Notes: a model not told the origin generated them from the letters alone. A stretch of 64,000 nucleotides of DNA from an uncultured Candidatus Binatia bacterium (GCA_965218425.1 OZ244621.1:2080001-2144000); one strand, 5' to 3'. Counted from the stretch's first letter, positions 20,067 to 29,637 are shown. A program made the numbers and translations.

Positions 20067-20139
20067 AACTTCAGTTGGCAGCAGGCAGGTTAAAGCCTGC
20101 TTTTGGTCTTCCGCCGTCTGCATCCTGCGAACTTATCTG

Positions 20140-20216
20140 GCGCCAGTAGCTCAGGTGGATAGAGCAACGGCCTTCTAAGCCGTAGGTCGGGGGTTCGAAT
20201 CCCTTCTGGCGCGCCA
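20140..20216 (+). tRNA. tRNA-Arg(TCT)
   Basis: GCGCCAG/CTGGCGC acceptor, ACGGC-ct-TCT-aa-GCCGT, GTTCGAAT, CCA. Confidence 0.96.
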
Positions 20217-20232
20217 AAATGGCAGGAGATGT

Positions 20233-20310
20233 GGTGAGTGTAGCTCAATAGGTTAGAGCACTGGACTGTGGCTCCAGGGGTTGAGGGTTCAAGTCCCTTC
20301 ACTCACCCCA
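20233..20310 (+). tRNA. tRNA-His(GTG)
   Basis: G-1 plus GTGAGTG/CACTCAC acceptor, CTGGA-ct-GTG-gc-TCCAG, CCA. Confidence 0.96.
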
Positions 20311-20341
20311 ATTTTTACCGTTCACCGCAGACGGGTGACCG

Positions 20342-21316
20342 CGGTGGCTCGCCGGCGTGGCGGTTTCTCGCAACGTGGGCGACGGCTCGTACCGCATAGC
20401 CAAGGACATGTCGAGCAGGCTTGAGGGCTCGCTGACGAGCGTGCACCCTTATCTGCGCCTGTCGGCGAACGAACGTCTGTCGTTGTGGGGCCTGTTCGGC
20501 CATGGGCAGGGCGAGTTGACGCTGGCCGCGGACCGGACCGGGGACGATATAAAGACCGACATCAAGATGACCATGGGGGCCTTGGGAGCGCGTGGCGTAC
20601 TTGTGTCGGCGAAAGAGACGGGGGGCTTCAAGGTCGCGGTGCGTGCGGACGCGCTGTTGGTGCGGATGAAGTCGGGCGCGACGCGGGACATACTGGCGGC
20701 GGAGACGGAGACGAACCGGCTGCGGCTGGCGCTGGAGGGCTCACGGGCGTTCGAGCTGACCTCGGGCGGGGCGGTGCTGACGCCGTTGCTGGAGGTTGGC
20801 CTGCGCCATGACGGGGGCGACGCGGAGACGGGGACCGGTGTGGAGCTGGGCGGGCGTGTCCGCTATGCCGACCCGGCGTGGGGCCTGACGATGGAGGCGC
20901 AGGTCCCCGGTCTGATCGCCCATAAGGACAGCGGCTACGAGGAATGGCGCGCAGGCGGCTCGATCCGTCTCTCTCCGCGGTCCGACGGGCAAGGCCTGTC
21001 GTTCAGCCTGCTGCCTTCCTATGGCGCGGCCGGCAACGGCGCCGAGCGGCTGTGGGAGCAGGGCATAGCGGCGAACGACCATACGCCGTCGGCCCGCCTT
21101 GAGGCGGAACTCGGCTACGGCCTGCCGGCGCTCGACGGCCTGCTGACGCCCTATGGCGGGCTCGGGCTATCGGAGGGCGGCGACAAGAGCTACCGCGCAG
21201 GCGGTCGCTTCGTGCTCGGCCAGATGCTGGAACTCAGCCTCGAAGGCAACCGCCGCGAGGGCGCGGCTCGCGCTCCCGAGCACGGCCTCGCCCTGCGCGC
21301 GGGTGTGCGCTGGTAG
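20342..21316 (+). pseudogene. 5'-truncated autotransporter beta-barrel domain
   Basis: RWLAGVAVS...LTSVHPY...GLRHDGGDAETGTGVELGG...LEAELGYG...C-terminal VRW; frame closed upstream by TGA about 25 nt after tRNA-His; no signal peptide or passenger; much higher GC than flanks. Confidence 0.75.
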
Positions 21317-21679
21317 GCGCACGCCCCGGCCGCAAGCATCCGGGCCTTGGGCGCACGGGCGTCTCGCCGCGTGCCCGGTCTGTTTCACGGCGGGGGGCGC
21401 GCCCTTGTTCACGGCCCGGGTGATCTGCATCGGGCTGTGGTGGGAAGGCTTCGGTACCTGCAAAACAGTCCCGAGATGGTTCGCTCGTTGTTTCCGGCGC
21501 CCGATACCTGCTTACCCCTAAGCCGCATAGTCCCTAAATTGCGGACTCCTTAGCAACACTGCCGCTTACTGCTCTGTACAGAACTGTGTCGGATTTTCGT
21601 TTCCATCGGTCTTTGAAAATCCTGACAGGCGTGCTAAAAAATTGGACTCGCAAACAAACTTGACCGTTGGACGCGTCAT

Positions 21680-21755
<76 letters not shown>

Positions 21756-22376
21756 AATTTCCAGCCGCCAGCTTTGGCGGTCTTTTAGTTAACGCGAGCC
21801 CCCGTGGATTGCCTTTTCGGGGACTTGTCCTATCTGGCGCTTCTTCAAGCACTTGCGCCGCTCCACACATAATCCCCGATTCTCTGTCTCGAAAATAAGC
21901 TTCTGGAGTGCACTTGCAACCGGGGGGGTGCGCACTGATATCTAAAATATCATTTACTGATTCTCCTATCCTCCTTTTTTCGAGCCGCCTTGTTTAACAC
22001 CCCGGTTGCATACGGTCACCCGAAATCGCTATCCCCCAGTAAACAACGATGGTGACCGAAGTCTCGATACCAGAAGGCGGCCAGCTCCAGTGGGAGGGGC
22101 TTCGGTCCTTTATATCATCATGACCGTCCCCTCCTGGGGCGTCTGAGATGCAGGTTGGCCGGGGCGACTTAGGCGACTGCCTAACTAACCCCCAGGGAAG
22201 GATTGACGAACACAGGATCCAGCTTCAGATCCTCAGTTTTTCGTTCCCCAATCCCGGACAGGACGTCTTCATTAAATGTCTATTATTACCAAAATGGCTT
22301 GTGGTGCTCTCGTAGTGGGCTGTAGCGGCGTTTCTCCAGTAACAAGAGGAAGTCCGTCATAATCGCCCAATGCTCG

Positions 22377-22405
22377 TTGATGAGAGACTCAGGTTCGCGT
22401 ATGCT
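22377..22405 (+). promoter_or_regulatory. Putative sigma70 promoter of the herA-nurA-MTase operon
   Basis: TTGATG-17-TATGCT, about 250 nt upstream of the herA start. Confidence 0.45.
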
Positions 22406-22634
22406 ATCGTAGTTGAGAATCGTGCGGGCACCGACACAAGCGGAACGCTTCCCCGCATGCGGCGTACTGCTCAGGGTGTGCGAGACCCGGGGCTAACCAC
22501 ACGCTGCAGGACTCCTCCCCCGCGCTGGCACCTGGGCGGTCCGGAAATCACCGGGCTACCTTCCAGCAACAGAGACCGCATCGACCGGGGCCGCTGTGGC
22601 ACCACGGACGGAGCCGGACACGGTTAGTTAGTCG

Positions 22635-24776
22635 TTGGCGATGGAGGACGATGAGGCTATGGCAATGAATACAGTCGATGAATCCGGCATTCTGGATCAT
22701 CTCGTAAAGGATGCGGGAAACTCCAAGGACATGAAAACGTCCTTTCGCGAGCGCTCGACAAGAGTCGGGGCGGTCTACACGATGACTTACAACCGAGCAA
22801 CGGTCGCCATCTACGACTTCGACCGCGAAAAGGCAGGCGGACTCCCCAAAGGCGGCTTTCTCATGGCTGCCAAACAGAGAGGGGATGAGAGCTTCATCTT
22901 GCTTCGGATTCTGAAGGAGGCTAGGCTCCCGAACACGACGGCCAACGATCAGACCCGCCAGCAAAGCGTTGAAAGCACCGCGAACGAGAGGCCGTGGCCA
23001 GAGGCATTGGACCCTTGGATGAAAGATCGGATGTCCATTCATGGAATCGAATGCCGCCTGCTCGGTACTTTCACTGCGGCGGAGGGCAGAGGGTACCAGT
23101 ATGCAGAAGACACTGACAACTACTTTGCTGTGAACGACTTGATGGTGTGGAAACCAGACCAGAAAACCCTTGACACGATCGTCAATTACCGGCATCGGCG
23201 AAATCCAATTTCAATGGGTGACAATCGCAGAAAGATCGGTCAAACCCGATTCGCGGCTGCCGAGAAGGACACTGCAACCAAGGCAGAGATGTGCCTGGAT
23301 CCGACAGACCTGCTCCAACGCCGGACCGTCTATCTGGGCATGTCGCGATCCGGGAAGTCGAACGCCATGAAGGTAACCGCGGAAGCGATCTATCAGCTCC
23401 GCGAGGCAAATCCGGAGAACAAAATTGGACAGTTGATCTTCGACCCCAACGGGGAGTATGCGCAGGACAATCTGCAAGACGGTCCAGGACTCCACAATAT
23501 CCACAAAGCCATCAACCGGCAAAGGAAAACCGAAGTTGAGACGTATGGACTTTTCCAGACGCCTTCGGATCCGGATCGGAAGATCATGAAGATCAACTTC
23601 TTCGGTGATCCTATTCCTCAGCAGTGGACGACTGCAGGGGTAAAAGCCGCACTCGATCAGATGCTCGCAGGCCGCGAGATCATCCAGGAGATAATGGCAG
23701 ACGAGAGCGCCCGGTACACGACCGCGTTCCGCGAAGTGGATCTCTCCGTCCCACCAACAGCTGACGCGGATCTGGGCGCCCAAATCCGGTACCGGAGGGC
23801 CGTGCTCGTGCATCAGACGGCGCTGGCCGCTGCGGGACTGGATCCACCACAATGGTTTCCGTCCATCAGCGGGCTCTTCAACAAGGATTTAATCTCAGCC
23901 ATGAAGGGAGCTCAGAACCAAGATAGCGATCACAGCGTCAAATACGACCAAGCTTCAACGATCTTGGAGTCGGCAGGAAAGAAAAATGGCCAAGTATCTT
24001 GGAATCAGTTGGAGACAATTTTCAGTGCGCTCAACCAGTTCATCAGTGACAAGCAGAGCTACTACGTGCGCTTTGAGACCGATTACATTCACAAATCGAA
24101 GAGCGGGGATAATTGGGCCGATCCGAAATTCAAGAATCTCCTTCGCATTTTCGAGACTCAGAATGGTCCTCGTTCCTTTCAGCGGGCTTATGAGCAACAT
24201 GACCCAAACGCTGCCAGAGATTTCGCGAATGATGTAGTCGAAGACCTACAGCACGGGAAGCTCGTAATCGTCGACCAGTCCACCGGGGACCCGGAGCAAA
24301 ACCGAAAGGCGGCAGAACGCATTATGTGGAGAGTGTTCCGCGCGCAACAGGAAGCCTTCAGAAATGCCGCGGGCACTGGGGACCTGAACGCAAACAAAGG
24401 CCACATCCTGGTCTATGTCGAAGAAGCGCACAACCTGCTTCCCCGGGCAAACGCCGCCGACAACCTGCGAACGGTGTGGGCGCGTTCGGCCAAGGAGGGT
24501 AGCAAGATGAACATCGGAATGGTGCTTGCTACACAGGCGCCAAGCTCAATCATGCCCGAGATTCTCAGCGAAACGGACAACTGGATTCTCGCTTACCTGA
24601 ACTCGGAGAACGAGCGCAGAGTGATTTCTGGATACATGGATTTTGAAGATTTTCTGGAACAAATCGGACAAGTTAGTGAGCCCGGTTTCGTGCGAATGCG
24701 CACGTTATCCCTCGCATATACCGTGCCTGTTCAATTTGACCGGTTTCGCCTGGACATTCCGGGTGTACAGGACTGA
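22635..24776 (+). CDS. HerA/FtsK-superfamily ATPase (DUF87-type) with N-terminal HAS-barrel-like region
   Basis: Walker A YLGMSRSGKSN, IFDPNGEY, Walker B VYVEEAHNLL, KEGSK.NIGMVLATQ.PS; true start probably ATG 22659 or 22665 (GGAGG/GAGG RBS). Confidence 0.88.
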   Translation: MAMEDDEAMAMNTVDESGILDHLVKDAGNSKDMKTSFRERSTRVGAVYTMTYNRATVAIYDFDREKAGGLPKGGFLMAAKQRGDESFILLRILKEARLPNTTANDQTRQQSVESTANERPWPEALDPWMKDRMSIHGIECRLLGTFTAAEGRGYQYAEDTDNYFAVNDLMVWKPDQKTLDTIVNYRHRRNPISMGDNRRKIGQTRFAAAEKDTATKAEMCLDPTDLLQRRTVYLGMSRSGKSNAMKVTAEAIYQLREANPENKIGQLIFDPNGEYAQDNLQDGPGLHNIHKAINRQRKTEVETYGLFQTPSDPDRKIMKINFFGDPIPQQWTTAGVKAALDQMLAGREIIQEIMADESARYTTAFREVDLSVPPTADADLGAQIRYRRAVLVHQTALAAAGLDPPQWFPSISGLFNKDLISAMKGAQNQDSDHSVKYDQASTILESAGKKNGQVSWNQLETIFSALNQFISDKQSYYVRFETDYIHKSKSGDNWADPKFKNLLRIFETQNGPRSFQRAYEQHDPNAARDFANDVVEDLQHGKLVIVDQSTGDPEQNRKAAERIMWRVFRAQQEAFRNAAGTGDLNANKGHILVYVEEAHNLLPRANAADNLRTVWARSAKEGSKMNIGMVLATQAPSSIMPEILSETDNWILAYLNSENERRVISGYMDFEDFLEQIGQVSEPGFVRMRTLSLAYTVPVQFDRFRLDIPGVQD

Positions 24777-24781
24777 ACGCG

Positions 24782-26089
24782 ATGCCGTACGAGGATGAGC
24801 GGGCGGGTCTAGCGGCAATTCGGGCCATCGCCCAAAGTGGGGTAGTCGACGAGTTTCGTACCCGGATGGCTGAGCGCCATGACGGTACTTTGCCCGAGTC
24901 TCCGCCATTCCAACTCTGTTCTAGTAGAAGAGCGAGGACGCATGTTCTGGCTATTGATGGTTCGAATCTCTATGAGCCAATCCCCGGCGCCTTGCCGTGC
25001 ACCGAAGCCGGGCTGGTTTCCTTGGGCGTTGTGATCATCGATACACAAAAGCTTAGGACTTTGGAACGACTTCCGAACAGCGGGGCCGCGGATCCGAGGG
25101 AGCTGCAGAGCACGGAGAAAGGGGAGACCTGGGGAACGATGCTGCCTGGGCAGAATGCCGCGAGACAAGACGGAACCGGTCCGAGAATGTGGTTCAGGGA
25201 GATCATCAATCACGAACTTGAAAGTGCCAATCTTGGCGGTGAGAGCTTCGCCGAGACGCTGCACGCGCTTCTCCGCAATAGCAGAGAGGTCACATGTCCA
25301 GACCCGGACTGCGGGTCCCGAGTTCGCCTCCCCGAACCGGAACAGTCGGGCTCCTGCCCGAAGTGCAAAGGTCCCGTGTGGCTCGCAGACGGGCTGCGAA
25401 TTCACGAGCAGTTCGTTGAGAATCATCCGGTGGGCGAATGCCATGCGCGCTTCCGGGACACCCTGGAACTCCTCGCTCTTGTAAACTCACTCCGCCATCT
25501 TGTTAAGACCGAGCAGGGGCGTCGCGCCATTGCCAATACGGCATTCGTTATGGATGGTCCGCTTGCCGCCTTTGGGACCATTGCAGTTCTTTCCAAGGCC
25601 GTCAGGGGAGAACTGCGGCGTGTTCAGGAGGCGCTGGATGTCCACTCGTGTAGATCGGACTTGCTGGTAATGTCCGGTATCAAGAGCGGGCCGTTTGTGG
25701 AGCATGCTGCAGAACTCGACCGGGCACCTGAGCCTGGCCGGAGAATCCCACCGAACCACGTGTGGCTTCCAGACAATGGCTACATCCGGTCCCACATCAT
25801 TGCTGGAGCTTCGGAACAGTCGAAGCCGTGGGGCGAGCTGACGTATTTTGGGCGTCCTGTCGTCTTCAAGACTGTCAACGGCCAGCGACTCGTTCTCAAT
25901 CTTGCGCAGCCTGAAGCCGAACCACCACTCACTGAGGCCTCGCGCCCCCGCGTACTGGACGATGCCATTGCGACGGCGGGATCACTTGGTGTCGGCGCGC
26001 ACCAATTCCTTCCGCTTCGTCGCGTTCACGCCCAGGCCGCCATTCCGTTACGAAGCGGTACCGACCTCATCAAGAGTCTCGCACCTTGA
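24782..26089 (+). CDS. NurA-family nuclease with Zn-ribbon insertion
   Basis: VLAIDGS, FVMDGPL, GIKSG, TYFGR, C-terminal RRVHAQA; CPDPDC...CPKC insert; 5 nt after the HerA stop. Confidence 0.8.
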   Translation: MPYEDERAGLAAIRAIAQSGVVDEFRTRMAERHDGTLPESPPFQLCSSRRARTHVLAIDGSNLYEPIPGALPCTEAGLVSLGVVIIDTQKLRTLERLPNSGAADPRELQSTEKGETWGTMLPGQNAARQDGTGPRMWFREIINHELESANLGGESFAETLHALLRNSREVTCPDPDCGSRVRLPEPEQSGSCPKCKGPVWLADGLRIHEQFVENHPVGECHARFRDTLELLALVNSLRHLVKTEQGRRAIANTAFVMDGPLAAFGTIAVLSKAVRGELRRVQEALDVHSCRSDLLVMSGIKSGPFVEHAAELDRAPEPGRRIPPNHVWLPDNGYIRSHIIAGASEQSKPWGELTYFGRPVVFKTVNGQRLVLNLAQPEAEPPLTEASRPRVLDDAIATAGSLGVGAHQFLPLRRVHAQAAIPLRSGTDLIKSLAP

Positions 26090-27285
26090 CCCAGTCTCAG
26101 CGCATCGCAGAGTCGCGGGCCTCACCTTGGCCACGCGACACGGCAGCTCACCGATGGTATGGGTTCGGTCGCTACTACGCGATGTTTCCTCCCACATTCG
26201 CCTACGACGCGATCAGTGGTCTGACCCGATCCGGAGAGCCTGTTCTGGATCCATTCTGCGGGCGCGGGAACGGCCCTTTCACCGCAACCGTTTTGGAACG
26301 TCCCGCCCTGGGCATCGACGTCAATCCCGTGGCATGGCTCTTTACAGCCGTGAAGCTCGAGCCCGAAGCGAATCGAGACCGACTCCTGCGCCGCTTAAAA
26401 GAGGTCGCCCGCGCAACCCGGGCCCAGGACCGGCGCGGGCGGAGTCGTTTCGAAAGGATGGCATGGGCCCCTGATGTGCGGGCCTTCCTCAAGGCCGCCC
26501 GCCGTGAACTCGATTGGAGGCATTCAGTCACCGACCGCACGCTGATGGCCTTCATCGCGCTCCATATGCAGGACAAGCTTGGGGCCGGACTCTCAAATGG
26601 CCTCTGGCCAACTATCGCGTGCTCGCCCCGATATGCGGTTACCTGGTGGACCGAAAACGGTTTCCAGCGGCCTCCCAAAGTCGAGCCCGTGACTTTACTC
26701 GCGGACAAAATCATTCGTCGATACTGGTACGGGATACCGAAGCAAGCACCCGGATCGGTGGTGCTCTCCGACGCGCGCGACGCCCTACGGAGGAAATCTG
26801 CAATAAACGCAGGGCTTCTGATTACATCACCGCCTTACAATGGCGTTACTGACTACTGGAACGATCATTGGATTCGGCTATGGATCCTCGGGCACGACAT
26901 GCGAAAGGATTGGAAGCGTTCGTCGAGGCACGAGAACAAGGGGGACTACCAAAAGCTCATTCACAACGTTTTTCGGCAGGCGCTGCGACACCTCGCGAAC
27001 GACGCCGCTATTCTCGTACGAAGTGACCTGCGTCGGCAAACGGCACGGACTTGCCTAGAGGCCCTGCGGAAGACCTGGCCGCGCCGAAGACTGCTTTATC
27101 GGACCAGTGCGGCGCCTCATAAGGGGATCTCCATTTACCATGGGCGAGGAGGAAGCAGGGCGAGGGAATTCGATCTTCTGATTCCGGGCAAGCGGGGCGA
27201 AGCGTGGGGGGCAACCCACGGTTTCCAGCCATTCGAAGAGGAAGATCGTCAGGCCATGGATCTTGGTTACCCTTTACCGCCCTGA
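26086..27285 (+). CDS. Amino-DNA methyltransferase (N4-cytosine or N6-adenine)
   Basis: YYAMFP, motif I VLDPFCGRG near the N-terminus, motif IV ITSPPY downstream; TTG start overlaps the NurA TGA (TTGA). Confidence 0.88.
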   Translation: MTQSQRIAESRASPWPRDTAAHRWYGFGRYYAMFPPTFAYDAISGLTRSGEPVLDPFCGRGNGPFTATVLERPALGIDVNPVAWLFTAVKLEPEANRDRLLRRLKEVARATRAQDRRGRSRFERMAWAPDVRAFLKAARRELDWRHSVTDRTLMAFIALHMQDKLGAGLSNGLWPTIACSPRYAVTWWTENGFQRPPKVEPVTLLADKIIRRYWYGIPKQAPGSVVLSDARDALRRKSAINAGLLITSPPYNGVTDYWNDHWIRLWILGHDMRKDWKRSSRHENKGDYQKLIHNVFRQALRHLANDAAILVRSDLRRQTARTCLEALRKTWPRRRLLYRTSAAPHKGISIYHGRGGSRAREFDLLIPGKRGEAWGATHGFQPFEEEDRQAMDLGYPLPP

Positions 27286-27318
27286 TCCGGAGCATTGAAT
27301 CGACTGGCGCACTAAGGA

Positions 27319-27610
27319 GGTCAAGTCCCAGTTTCAGTTGAAACAGAGCACAGGCGGTTGAATGTGTCAGCTCGTCATGACGAGCTGTTTGATACTGGGC
27401 TTGGCTTGTATGGCTTGCCGGAGGGTCGGTTAGGTGGTGGTAGCCTTTGACCTGGCGCAGACGCGGTTCGATGTTGAGCAACGTCGTGGCTACCCCGGTG
27501 ACGCTGGGATGAGTTGGTCTAGCGCCGCACGTTATGCGTCAACTGCTGCAGGAGACTATTGATGTTCTCAGTTGGTACTGCGATAGGAATCTTCAGCATG
27601 GGCAGCGCGA
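27319..27610 (-). mobile_element. IS256-family transposase 3' relic with terminal inverted repeat
   Basis: Minus strand reads SYRSTN..ENINSLLQQLTHNVRR*TNSSQRHR/VATTLLNIEPRLRQVKGYHHL with a stop and frameshifts; IR-like GGTCAAGTCCCAGTTTCAGTTGAAA at 27319-27343. Confidence 0.7.
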
Positions 27611-28064
27611 GCCTTCATCGCTGGTGCCGCAGCTCCTCGACTTTGTGCGTGAACCCCTGCCGGCGCCATACGAGCGACGTCCCATCAGCAACGGGGTGAA
27701 CAGGTCGTTAACGACGACCCGGACATCCCAGTCCCCATGTCTCAGCAGCGGCTGATTTGACCCTGAAAGGCGGAAGTCGTCTTGACGCCGCGTCTGCTTT
27801 TGCTGACATAAGTCAGAATAGGGGGAATTGGCCTCAGCTTTGCTTCCGTCGCGGCGGACCTGCCCGACTTTCCATAAGCCTTTCAAATACAAGACGTTAT
27901 TCTCTCGGGCATGACGGTGAGTGGTTATGAAGAGAGGTGCACATGGCCCACCAAACACCAGCCTGATGATTCCCGCACCCATTGCCTCTTCCCTGAAGGA
28001 ATCTTAAGTGTTCATAAGAGGATTATTGTAAGTCGGAAAGGAGCTCTCAAAAAACAGGCGGTTC

Positions 28065-28094
28065 TTGACATGGCTTCAGGTTGTTTCATACTGT
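28065..28094 (+). promoter_or_regulatory. Putative sigma70 promoter for tRNA-Leu/tig
   Basis: TTGACA-18-TACTGT (or -16-CATACT). Confidence 0.5.
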
Positions 28095-28177
28095 CCTAAT
28101 CCTGGGCTTCGGTTAAGGATGAGTTTCTCAATCGTTCAGGAGGCGGACCCGCGAAGTTAGGTGACCCGAATGCGGAT

Positions 28178-28260
28178 GCGAGAGTGGCGGAATTGGCAGA
28201 CGCACTAGACTTAGGATCTAGCGGGTAACCGTGGGGGTTCGAATCCCCCCTCTCGCACCA
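28178..28260 (+). tRNA. tRNA-Leu(TAG)
   Basis: GCGAGAG/CTCTCGC acceptor, CTAGA-ct-TAG-ga-TCTAG, variable arm, CCA. Confidence 0.96.
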
Positions 28261-28311
28261 TAGATCCTTCTCTCCTATTTTTAGGTCATTGGAAGCATCA
28301 GAGGATTTAAG

Positions 28312-29637
28312 ATGAAAGTTGACGTCGATATCCTTGGTCCCATTCAGCGGAAGATTCACATAGAGATCCCCGGTCAAGCGGTGCGCGACGAGTTTTCCCG
28401 CGTCTACGGGGCCCTCAGCCAGAGGGCCAAAATCAAGGGTTTCCGGCCGGGAAAGGTTCCACGAACGGTTCTTGAGGGGATCTATGGCGAGGAGGCAAAA
28501 AGCCAGACCCTTTCACGTCTTGTGGAGCAGTCGCTACGTGACGCCGTGAGGGAAAAAGGGTTGCACGTGGTCTCCCCACCCGAAGTGGAACCCGGCGAAT
28601 TGGTGGAGGGGAGTCCATTTACCTTTTCCGCCGTTGTGGAGATCAAGCCGGAAATCGAGCTCAAAGACTACCTTGGATTGGAAGTGGAACGGATAAAAAT
28701 GGCGGTGGAAGATAGTCGGGTGGATGAGGCTTTGAGCGGCTTCCAAGATGCTCATGCTCATCTGCAGCCCGTCGAAGATCGCGACGTTGTGGAACATGGG
28801 GACTGCGTGCTCCTGGATTTTTCCGGTGCGGTTGACGGGAAACCGTTCCCGGGAAGCCGGGGGGAAAACACGCTGCTTGAGGTGGATGGGCAAAGCGCGC
28901 CATCCCAGTTTGAACAGGCCATGATCGGCTTGAAAAAGGATATGGACCATAATATTAGTGTGACGTATCCCAAGGATCATGGAAATCCAGAGTTGGCGGG
29001 AAAAGCGGTTGACTTTCGCGTGCGCATTAAAGATATTAAGAAAAAAATATTGCCGCCGCTCGACGATGACTTCGCCAAAGACTATGGCGAATGCGCGTCC
29101 CTTGCCGAGTTAAAAGACAAAGTGAGGGCTCGCCTGGAGTCGGAACTCAGAGAGATTCAAAATAGAGAGTTGAAGGAACAACTGCTCACCCGGTTAATCG
29201 ACACGCATCCCTTTGAAGTTCCAACCGCCATGGTGGATCAACAGCTTCGATATCTCATGGAACGGCGCCAACGCCGGGTCGAGTCAGGCGGATCCACCGA
29301 CGCGGGACAGACACCCCCCACAGAGCAACTGCGTAAAGAGCTAACTCCCCAGGCCCAACGACAAGTCCAGGTCATGCTCCTGGTTGAAAAAGTCGCGGAA
29401 CGGGAAAAGATCGAAGTGCCCGATCAAGAGGTTCAGCAGAGAATTGACGAGGTGGTGCGCTCAGTGAAGGACCGGGGAACTGTGGTGCGAGACTTCTATC
29501 GGCGAACCGAGGCCCGGGACGAGCTGCGCTCTCAAATGGTCTTCGATAAGACTCTGAATTTCTTATTAGAAAAGGCCAAGGTGGAAGAAACGGAGCTTTC
29601 CGAAACAAAGGTTGATGAGGGCCGTAAAAAAGGATAA
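28312..29637 (+). CDS. tig: Trigger factor
   Basis: GFRPGKVP ribosome-binding motif, FKBP domain, position before clpP. Confidence 0.95.
   Translation: MKVDVDILGPIQRKIHIEIPGQAVRDEFSRVYGALSQRAKIKGFRPGKVPRTVLEGIYGEEAKSQTLSRLVEQSLRDAVREKGLHVVSPPEVEPGELVEGSPFTFSAVVEIKPEIELKDYLGLEVERIKMAVEDSRVDEALSGFQDAHAHLQPVEDRDVVEHGDCVLLDFSGAVDGKPFPGSRGENTLLEVDGQSAPSQFEQAMIGLKKDMDHNISVTYPKDHGNPELAGKAVDFRVRIKDIKKKILPPLDDDFAKDYGECASLAELKDKVRARLESELREIQNRELKEQLLTRLIDTHPFEVPTAMVDQQLRYLMERRQRRVESGGSTDAGQTPPTEQLRKELTPQAQRQVQVMLLVEKVAEREKIEVPDQEVQQRIDEVVRSVKDRGTVVRDFYRRTEARDELRSQMVFDKTLNFLLEKAKVEETELSETKVDEGRKKG

Noticed and set aside
21760..22360. Possible integrase remnant next to tRNA-Lys
   Set aside because: The frames I translated by hand show no recombinase motifs; unassignable degenerate DNA.
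22370..22627. 85-aa ORF upstream of herA as a fourth system gene
   Set aside because: Overlaps the predicted promoter, has no clear RBS, and its Arg/Gly/Pro/Thr-rich composition is typical of spurious GC-rich frames.
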